This document shows positions 56,547 to 64,000 of a stretch of DNA of 64,000 nt, piece by piece (the first letter of the stretch is position 1; each line of letters starts with the position of its first letter). The position numbers were made by a program, and so were the translations under genes. Origin of the DNA: Williopsis jadinii (Eukaryota); contig AP024665.1 in the NCBI GenBank assembly GCA_024346625.1, positions 806,001 through 870,000 on the forward strand, read 5' to 3'. Under the pieces are notes generated by a model. It saw only the letters and a list, made by a program, of their open reading frames with translations, was not told where the DNA came from and ran no database searches.

Positions 56547-56960
56547 TCATTGCTCTTCGACATCATCATGTATGCGAAGTCTCACCAAAGTTTCGGGTAG
56601 TGGAGGATCTTCTTTGTTTTCATAGCTCTGTTCCGTATAACTCGTTAAACTCACTGAGCGTTGATTAGTATTTGACTCCATCAAAATTGCACAAGCGTAC
56701 TTACTCGAGGCTAGAGATACTGATTTTATGATATGATTCCAATTGGACATGACAAGGGCAACAGCTGAAGATTGGTTAGTCAAAAGAACTGGCAACTAAG
56801 GGAGAACCAAAAATGACTTACCTTCTGAACCATCCGCTAGCGTTTCAAGTTTGGCTTCAAGATTCTCCAGCTGATTACACAGATTCAACGAAAGCTCTTT
56901 TATTTGTGACAGATGTTCCAGCTCTCTCTTCTTTTCTTCTATTCTTTGCTGTAATGACAT
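56547..56960 (-). CDS. DAD2: DASH/Dam1 complex subunit Dad2, three exons (56960-56822, 56764-56705, 56653-56547), 101 aa
   Basis: Spliced product MSLQQRIEEKKRELEHL...ADGSEAVALVMSNWNHIIKSVSLASMSL...PLPETLVRLRI. Both introns are GTAAGT...CAG with GACTAAC and TACTAAT branch sites. MCB at 57009-57014. Confidence 0.9.
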
Positions 56961-57209
56961 ATTATGTTTGGTTCTTTACTATTTTTGTCTATGGAGAAAG
57001 ATATAACAACGCGTTTTTTTTGTTTGTTTGAAATCAAAACAAAGACAATAGCTGAGCCCGCGAATTGCATCAACACACTATCGATTACAGCTATATTCTC
57101 CATTTGACAGTAAAATCCTTGCAAATTATAATAAAACGTACAATAAGAGTTATAGATATCATAACATGCAGCATGCAATTTCATTTCATTCGTCATAACT
57201 ATTAATTAA

Positions 57210-60200
57210 TTAAATTTCCTTTGTATCTTCCAACATGGTCTGAGCTCTGGACAGGAGTTTGATATCATCCTCTGTGGACCTGGTACTTCTAGCTGTGGAT
57301 GGGGTCGTGGTGTTGATTGCACCAGTGCTGACCCGTCTTCTGTCAGAAGAAATTCCCTTCAATCTCTTTAGCAAGTTATCCACAACATCCTGTTCGTTAT
57401 CGTTTCCTCCGCCCTCTGATTTAGAGCGTTCTTCTCTAGCTTTCTTTGATTGCAACATCAGCTCTTTTCCCTTTTGGTAGATCTTATCCTTCTCTTCACT
57501 ATCTATATTTTCAATCTGGACTTTCTTGAAATCGTGTATAAAATCGAGAAATTTCTGCAAAAATGTAGATTTGGCAACCGTGTCAGATGAATCTTCGCCG
57601 AAATATATCATTAACTTGTCAAAGTCATTCATGATAAGTTTATGCTGATCTTCAAGAAGCTGGCATTTCCGTAAAGCACCTGGAAGTTTGACTGATACCT
57701 TCGTCAATACACGATCATCAGGGTGAAATACCTTGGGGTTGCTCAAATTTCCAGATTCAATTGACTTCTGAATGTTTCTTATGCTCTGCACAAAAGTCAA
57801 TGTATCTGCGGATAATTGATCCACTGAAATTTTTGAAGTGTCTTGCAACAGTATCAACTCTTGGAGAAATGTGAGATATTCTGGATATGCTCTTCTGATC
57901 ACCTTCTCGACATAGTGCAAGAATGTTTTCTGGTTTTGGTCTTTCACAAAGTTCAATTTGGATAAACTGGATAGCCTGAATCCTTCAACCTGTTTACGGT
58001 TCATGAAGTTACCGATTTCTCTGATAAGAACGAATAAGTTTTTCAATGCCTTGGAGTTTTTGATCGCTTGCACGGAGTCGTCAACACGTTGTAGTTTAGT
58101 CAATAAATCTTGATAATCCTTTTCATAAGTCTTCACAACTAGCAATGCTCTTGATCTCGATCTCCAGTAATGCCTCAAGTTAATGCATAGTTCGACGTAT
58201 ATACGGTCTGCCCTAGCTAGGTGGGTTACATCACTCTCTGGTTTCTTGTTATTGATGAAATCTGTGGTGTATGGCTTGAAATTTTTCAGTAGGTTGTTTG
58301 AAACGGAACACAAATCATCCTTGTTGAAGAACTCGAGAATACTTATGTTCTCCAAGACATCGTAGTCACACTTCAACACTTTCATGATTAGTTCTTCCTC
58401 AGAGAGGCCTGAAAACATGTGCAAGTTGATTCCGAATTGTTGTGAGAGATCACGAGGCAAGAAAGTTATGAGTTCTTTCTTGTCTATTGCGGTGACAGGA
58501 GTCATTTTTCTCTGGACTTCCTTTACTGTGAACAACGTCTCAACTTCTTGTAGCACACCTAGTTCCTTCAATTCTTCCACCTTTGAAGTTGAGCGTACAT
58601 CACCCCAGAAGGTGTTCATCACGACATCATTATTCACTTCTTCCCAATGAAGCTGTTTCAATCTTTTCGAAGGCTTATAAAGAGACTTTGATAAATCATC
58701 GATCTTTGGCGTTGTGCTAATGCTGGTGTCAACAGTGATTTTTGGTTTGGACTTAGCTAGAAGTGGTGGAGGAGGAGGAGGTGGTGGCGGAGGAGGGATA
58801 CCGTCCTTCTTTGTGAGGTCTGGTTCTGATTTAGATATGAAGGGAGGTAGAGGAGGAGGAGGAGGTGGAGGTGGTGGTGGTGGTGGTGGTGGTGGTGCGC
58901 CACTTGCTGCTCCATCAATCTTTGAACTCGAGCTCAAGAATTCTGGAAGAGGAGGAGGAGGAGGAGGAGGAGGCGGTGGTGGTGCGCCACTTGCTGTTCC
59001 ATCGATCTTTGCACTGGAGCTCAAGAATTCTGGAAGAGGAGGAGGAGGTGGTGGTGGTAGTTGTCCAATACTTGAAGTACTGCCTCCCATATTGTCACCA
59101 AGGGATGATGTTGAAAAGACACCATTCAGAGCCAAACAATTTCCTGGGACAACCGAAACGCTGTTTGATTGACCTGAACCCAATCCATGAGATCTGTTCA
59201 GTTGAGTGAGTGGACCAGTAAAAGAATCGACAGAATTAACTGCACCATGTTGTAGACCTTGTGTGGTGATGATTGAACCATTCATAACTTCCCCAGAATT
59301 GTAAATCTTCACGCCACTGTTATTAGGACCTTGAATGAATGGTAAATGCATTGCTGAACCAGAGTGAAAGCCTTGAGAGCCGTTTACGTATGACCCAGAA
59401 GGAGCCCATGTACCTGATGGTGGTACACTACCATTAAATTCGCCTCCAGATGCCGTTGATATCACACTTTCAAATGATACTGTAGATCCGTTATTCTCTA
59501 TCATACGTCCATCATTACCAACAGTGATACCTTTCAAACCATAAACATTAACTGCTGTGTCGTTTGAAGGCGTGTTTCCTTTTCCTGAAACATATTGTTC
59601 TCCAGTTATTGATTCCTCCTCAAGGGTTAATCGCCCATCTTGTAACTTTCCATTCAATGTTCCTCCAATTGCTAAAAGTGATAATGAAGATTTTGAGTGA
59701 ATCAAAGTAGACTTCCTCTTATTCATAGACTCGTTCTTTAACAATTGTGTTCCAAGAATTGCAGTTGCAGACGCAGCCTTTGCTGATTTTAAGGCTTTCA
59801 GAAGGTTTTGGGAATCATCCGCGTAAGTGCGTTGAGCTCTCAGAGATGTCACTGGGGTGTTAGTGAACGAAATGGTTGCATTCTCTCTAGAAGTTTTGTA
59901 TCTTTCTGAGGCCACGATCTTCCTTGCCTCCTCCAATTCCTTTTGCAATTGTTGAATTGTTTTGTCCTTGTTAGATATCTGGGCTTGTAGATCATTATTC
60001 CTTTTGTAAACATCTCCATGAGACACATCTAATGATTGCTTCAACACTCTAACCTCTTGTGTCAGCTTTTCAGTCTTTGTTTCGTACTCGTGGACTTCGT
60101 GCATAGCTCGTCTAGCCAAATCATCAGTAGTCATCTGATCCATGAGTTGTTGGATAGCCATGTAAATCGGTGAATCTCCGTCATTAAGTAAATCAGTTGA

Positions 60201-61535
60201 CCTCTTGGTTTTGGAAAGCAACGTTTCGAAAATGGTGAAGATCTTCAAGCTCTGAGATATGGAGTTGGTCTCCAAAACATTCACGAGTTGCTGTTCGATC
60301 TTACAAGTGGCCTCAAATAGTTCATCGCTGGTGATTGTTCTTGTTCTTATTGCTTTGATGATTTTATCGAACTGAGTATCAGATAACTGCAACTCATCCA
60401 TGATCTCATCTGACATTGTAAGGGTTTCAGTAGCTTTGTAGCGGTCTAGCAAGTCATTTATCTCCTGATCACCCAGTTCTCTCATCTTGTGCAAAGTGGT
60501 GTAAAATCCACTCTCTTTCAACTTTATATGGATGATCTTCTTGTCATTTAAGGATTCTGCTCCTTCAATCACTGAAATGATTAGAAACATTGAACTCATG
60601 ATGAACTCTTTCAGCGACATATATGCAAGAGGTTCGTATTTAGTATCCAAAGAAGCATCCAAAAATTTTATCCATGAATCGAATAGGGTTTCATGTGATA
60701 ATCTCAAGAACGCTTTGAGAATATTGTTTCTACCCAAAGGCGGAGTCCAGTAACTTATGAGCACGAGCACATCTGTCAAAGTTTTCTTGTTACTGATCTT
60801 CAAGGATTCCAGAAGGATGCTAACGAGGAACTTCACCATTTCATAGTCCTGAGCAACGGAATCTGCGCCTCTTTGAGTGTTTAAGATGTCTTTAAAGCAG
60901 TGTATCACCAAGGACTCTTTTTCCTCCTCAATGTCATCGAATTTGATTTCTGTTAGCTTTGCATGGCCGTTAAGATTAATGAATTCGTCGACAAAATCTC
61001 TTGTTCTTAGCATCCTCTCCAGCTTATGAAGATCATTACAACTAATGTTGGGGAGTTTATCAAGAGCCCATTGTGGATCATATTTCACCATTTTCTGTAT
61101 TGTATCATGTTGTTTATCCTGACAAATCATCTTCCATTTCCACGCTATTGAATGCGCTCTTAGGTTCATCAAAGCATCTCTTGGAAAAGCCCTTGAATTT
61201 AAAAACTCCTCGAACAGTGTTGCAACAATCTCATCACTCGGTGGTTGATCCTTGTCAAAATTGAGGAATTGATATTCCAAGTCTTGTGCCTTTATCCTGG
61301 GTACCGGTTTAGGTTCATCTTCCTCCTTGAACTTCTGTGGCTTTGACAACCCTTCACCAACGATGCTTAATCCCAGGTCTGCAATGTCCATTCTATTAGA
61401 CCTGGTTGAAGATGAAACAGATTCCAAGGTTGATCGCGATGATGTGGATGTTGGTACAGGTCGTAGTCTTTGATCCTTTGAAATGACCGACCGAGCAACG
61501 TTCTTCTCCCTGATCTTATCCACACCAGGAATCAT
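57210..61535 (-). CDS. BNR1: Formin (GBD/FH3-FH1-FH2), Bnr1-like
   Basis: Poly-proline FH1; FH2 motifs LKQLHW, QQFGINLHMF and EIGNFMN; DAD-like VVDNLLKRLK. Start placed at ATG 61535 after a predicted 5'UTR intron. Adjacent to an AIM20/SKG1 homolog, as BNR1 is in S. cerevisiae. Confidence 0.85.
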   Translation of the reverse strand: MIPGVDKIREKNVARSVISKDQRLRPVPTSTSSRSTLESVSSSTRSNRMDIADLGLSIVGEGLSKPQKFKEEDEPKPVPRIKAQDLEYQFLNFDKDQPPSDEIVATLFEEFLNSRAFPRDALMNLRAHSIAWKWKMICQDKQHDTIQKMVKYDPQWALDKLPNISCNDLHKLERMLRTRDFVDEFINLNGHAKLTEIKFDDIEEEKESLVIHCFKDILNTQRGADSVAQDYEMVKFLVSILLESLKISNKKTLTDVLVLISYWTPPLGRNNILKAFLRLSHETLFDSWIKFLDASLDTKYEPLAYMSLKEFIMSSMFLIISVIEGAESLNDKKIIHIKLKESGFYTTLHKMRELGDQEINDLLDRYKATETLTMSDEIMDELQLSDTQFDKIIKAIRTRTITSDELFEATCKIEQQLVNVLETNSISQSLKIFTIFETLLSKTKRSTDLLNDGDSPIYMAIQQLMDQMTTDDLARRAMHEVHEYETKTEKLTQEVRVLKQSLDVSHGDVYKRNNDLQAQISNKDKTIQQLQKELEEARKIVASERYKTSRENATISFTNTPVTSLRAQRTYADDSQNLLKALKSAKAASATAILGTQLLKNESMNKRKSTLIHSKSSLSLLAIGGTLNGKLQDGRLTLEEESITGEQYVSGKGNTPSNDTAVNVYGLKGITVGNDGRMIENNGSTVSFESVISTASGGEFNGSVPPSGTWAPSGSYVNGSQGFHSGSAMHLPFIQGPNNSGVKIYNSGEVMNGSIITTQGLQHGAVNSVDSFTGPLTQLNRSHGLGSGQSNSVSVVPGNCLALNGVFSTSSLGDNMGGSTSSIGQLPPPPPPPLPEFLSSSAKIDGTASGAPPPPPPPPPPPLPEFLSSSSKIDGAASGAPPPPPPPPPPPPPPPLPPFISKSEPDLTKKDGIPPPPPPPPPPPLLAKSKPKITVDTSISTTPKIDDLSKSLYKPSKRLKQLHWEEVNNDVVMNTFWGDVRSTSKVEELKELGVLQEVETLFTVKEVQRKMTPVTAIDKKELITFLPRDLSQQFGINLHMFSGLSEEELIMKVLKCDYDVLENISILEFFNKDDLCSVSNNLLKNFKPYTTDFINNKKPESDVTHLARADRIYVELCINLRHYWRSRSRALLVVKTYEKDYQDLLTKLQRVDDSVQAIKNSKALKNLFVLIREIGNFMNRKQVEGFRLSSLSKLNFVKDQNQKTFLHYVEKVIRRAYPEYLTFLQELILLQDTSKISVDQLSADTLTFVQSIRNIQKSIESGNLSNPKVFHPDDRVLTKVSVKLPGALRKCQLLEDQHKLIMNDFDKLMIYFGEDSSDTVAKSTFLQKFLDFIHDFKKVQIENIDSEEKDKIYQKGKELMLQSKKAREERSKSEGGGNDNEQDVVDNLLKRLKGISSDRRRVSTGAINTTTPSTARSTRSTEDDIKLLSRAQTMLEDTKEI
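58764..59060 (-). repeat. FH1 poly-proline tracts with an 87-nt internal tandem duplication
   Basis: GGTGCGCCACTTGCTG...GAGCTCAAGAATTCTGGAAGAGGAGGA at 58894 and 58981 (PPPPLPEFLSSSxKIDGxASGAPPP twice). Confidence 0.85.
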
Positions 61536-63350
61536 TACTCTAAAACCTTGAAACCAACATGTTAGCTTATTGGTCGAATGTGTGTGCGTGTGTCTTGTTT
61601 GACACACATCTTTGTTACACCTTTCCAAATCATTTTCACCCATTACGGCGAAATAGAAGATGAGGCAAAAGACAAATCGAAGCACTTACCCCGTATTATA
61701 CCAGACCCGTCGTTCCACAGTGATATCACACGTATAAAAGTAGCCGCCAGCGTATATTCCGGTATGAGGAGTTCACTCTCTTACAAATAAGTAAACAAAA
61801 CCTCTCAGACACAATCCAAAATTTGGAGACTGTGTGTATACAAAGAAAAAAATACACGCTGTAGCACTTCGGTTATGTAAGGAAATTTTGACTAAGCTCG
61901 ATGCCACGCCAAACCAGAACTAAAAGTACCGTGTGTTGTTGCACCAACCGTGTTTTGCGAAAACAGAGAGACCGCCAATCGAACCAGCCTATGAGACATT
62001 TTGGCGCTGCCATTCCTGATTGGGACATTTGCGAGATCGACAGGCACATAGTATTATACATCGCACAGTTCTTGAAGCATGTTGGAGTAAAAGAAAGACC
62101 CCGCGGGGGAAGGCTTGCGAAACGAGTCTTTGGCAGTTACAGAATAAATGTGGCTTTGTTATATGCTAAGCCTTCAGTGCTGTAAGAGCCAACGAGGGAA
62201 AGGTCTTATGATGGTGGGTAATTATTGCTGTGTGTGTCTCCTCAAAACGTTAGAACATACGGTGTGCTTACCAGATGACCTTCCAACGTTCAGCCAGCAT
62301 TTTGATCCAAAATCAGAACACGCTTGACACGATCATATTTGTATACACTTCGGCCCTGGCTACACAAAAGAACAAGAACCCGGAATCACCTCATTCACGA
62401 AGACAAGTTGCACAGCAACTCTCCTGTTGCTTTCGTTGTTTTCTGTTTGCGCTCATGTTCTACGTCTGCCATTGTATGAAGTGAACTGTAAAGCCCTCCT
62501 GTTCGCACAGGTTTAGAACGTCAGCGTTCAACGGCTGCATCGAGTTTGCCTTTTTTGTCGGATCTGCGAAATCTTAAAAACAGAAAAAAAGAAAAGAAAC
62601 GAAAGGAGAAAGTGAGCTAGAACCAGCCATCAAATTCCCTCCTTCAATTCAGGTAAGTTTTTCTTTGTTTGTTTGGCTTCCGTTCTGCCCATCATCGTCT
62701 ACCTGATTGTTCTTCATTTTTGCGGCTTCTCCCAGTTTTCTGTTGCTTATCTACTGCTTTTGATTTGTTGTTTATTCACTGATTTAGCCCAAGAAATCGC
62801 ATTGACACGATCAAACTGTCAATAGGCGTAAACTCCAAACTGAAATTTTATACAGTCGGTTCTGCAGCCGAAAAGAAGAAAAACAACACACACAGGCAAA
62901 CTGCGCTGGAAGAAACCAAACAGAGAAAAGAAAAACAGAAAGCCCCGGCCCGCACTTTTCTGTAACGATTTACGCTAAAAAAAATTACACGGCAAAGGAA
63001 AGCGTTTTCACTTTTGGCTTTGCTACCCCCTTCTTTTTTTGGCTTTGGCTTTGAGAACTTGAATCCCACCAATCAACGGTTCTCTGTGTGTGATTTCTAT
63101 TATCAAGTGATATCTGAGATCCAAGTCGTTCGCTTAATCGCAGAGCTGTCTCCCTTCTGAACTAAAGCGCGTTTCTCTCCTCCCCCTTTCGTGAGAGAGC
63201 TGTGTTTTTGTTTTGTTTTGATTTCATTTGTGTGCTTATTGCCCAGCTTCAACAACACGGTATCTACGCGCCTTTAGTGTCTTTGTTTGTGACGGTGGAA
63301 AAAGGTCATCGTGAGAGTGTATCAGAAGGACCTGGTTGAACGAAGAAACC

Positions 63351-64000
63351 ATGCCAAACACTACAGGTATTGCTGTTGGATGCGCCGTTGGCATTCCATC
63401 GGGTATTGCGATATGCGTTGCGCTATTCTTCTTTAGAAAGACAAGAAGAAGGTTTGCCAGGGAGGATGTTGAGTTCCAAAAGGACACAGAGATGAGAGAT
63501 ATCGATCAGGATCTATCGTACGATAACTTGGATCAACTACGGATTCATAGCCGTCGCAGTGCAGGCCACGAACATACAACCAGTACGGAAGATTCTGATC
63601 AGGAGAGACATGAAAAGGCACAGGACGACAACTACAGCGATAACAACGAGAATGGCCCCTCTACTCGTAACTTGAGTAACAGCAATATCAATAATAATGA
63701 CAACAACAAGAGAAAAACAAGGTATGTTCCTGCCTACAGGAAACAAATGAAGTCGCAGATCAATAGCGTATCAACTTCAAGAAACTCTTCGTATTCGAAC
63801 TTGCCTAACGGTGGTACTGCCACGGCGTCAAACGCGTCTATAACTACGAACTCGACGGAGAACTTCTACTCTAACGTCCCTGTGGTTGACGGTGACAATA
63901 AGGATAATTCGTGCCGAAACAGTATGGAATTGGCCAGATCGTTACAAGTACCCACTCCTTCATATTCAAAGAGACCTTCGATGAACCGTTCGTCATCGGC
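63351..64000 (+). CDS. Skg1/Aim20-family single-pass membrane protein, truncated by the window end
   Basis: ATG at 63351, frame open to 64000: MPNTTGIAVGCAVGIPSGIAICVALFFFRKTRRRF...YVPAYRKQM. It is absent from the ORF track because no stop codon lies in the window. Confidence 0.82.
   Translation, partial: MPNTTGIAVGCAVGIPSGIAICVALFFFRKTRRRFAREDVEFQKDTEMRDIDQDLSYDNLDQLRIHSRRSAGHEHTTSTEDSDQERHEKAQDDNYSDNNENGPSTRNLSNSNINNNDNNKRKTRYVPAYRKQMKSQINSVSTSRNSSYSNLPNGGTATASNASITTNSTENFYSNVPVVDGDNKDNSCRNSMELARSLQVPTPSYSKRPSMNRSSS

Noticed and set aside
58714..59209. Poly-Gly/Val/Glu ORFs on the + strand
   Set aside because: Antisense readings of the formin FH1 poly-proline tracts.
1..64000. Transposons, LTRs, CRISPR arrays, point centromere, telomerase RNA
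   Set aside because: No gag/pol or transposase ORF, terminal repeats, spacer arrays, CDEI-II-III pattern or convincing template could be supported by eye.

Overview
This is a gene-dense stretch of a budding-yeast (Saccharomycotina) nuclear chromosome. CTG is read as Leu at conserved positions, introns are short with a short branch-to-acceptor distance, HPD is present, and gene order interleaves blocks found on different S. cerevisiae chromosomes. Together these suggest a pre-whole-genome-duplication, non-CUG-Ser yeast, possibly Cyberlindnera/Phaffomycetaceae (inference). I identify 29 protein genes: NSE3, DBP10, an OCH1/HOC1-family GT32, TRF4, PTH4, a Prx5-type peroxiredoxin, DCP1, SPT20, PEX11, POT1, a YIL161W-like gene, GUT2, IMP2', RRD1, PCK1, MTR4, HPD, RSP5, CYT1, YNG1, ALG8, VPS5, TRZ1, GYP1, MTD1, RPF2, NUP133, DAD2 and BNR1, plus a truncated SKG1/AIM20-like ORF at the right edge and tRNA-Gly(GCC) and tRNA-Asp(GTC). 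Nine spliceosomal introns were reconstructed by hand. I see no transposon, CRISPR array or clearly new multi-gene system. The most notable items are: a probable GUG-initiated mitochondrial N-terminal extension of tRNase Z; a hidden three-exon DAD2 with a stop-free 3n intron; a 16-nt microexon in GYP1; an AT-hook in Yng1; structured CYT1 and RSP5 introns; and a PEX11-POT1-GUT2-PCK1 neighbourhood. Gene names rest on recalled family motifs and S. cerevisiae synteny; no database search was run.
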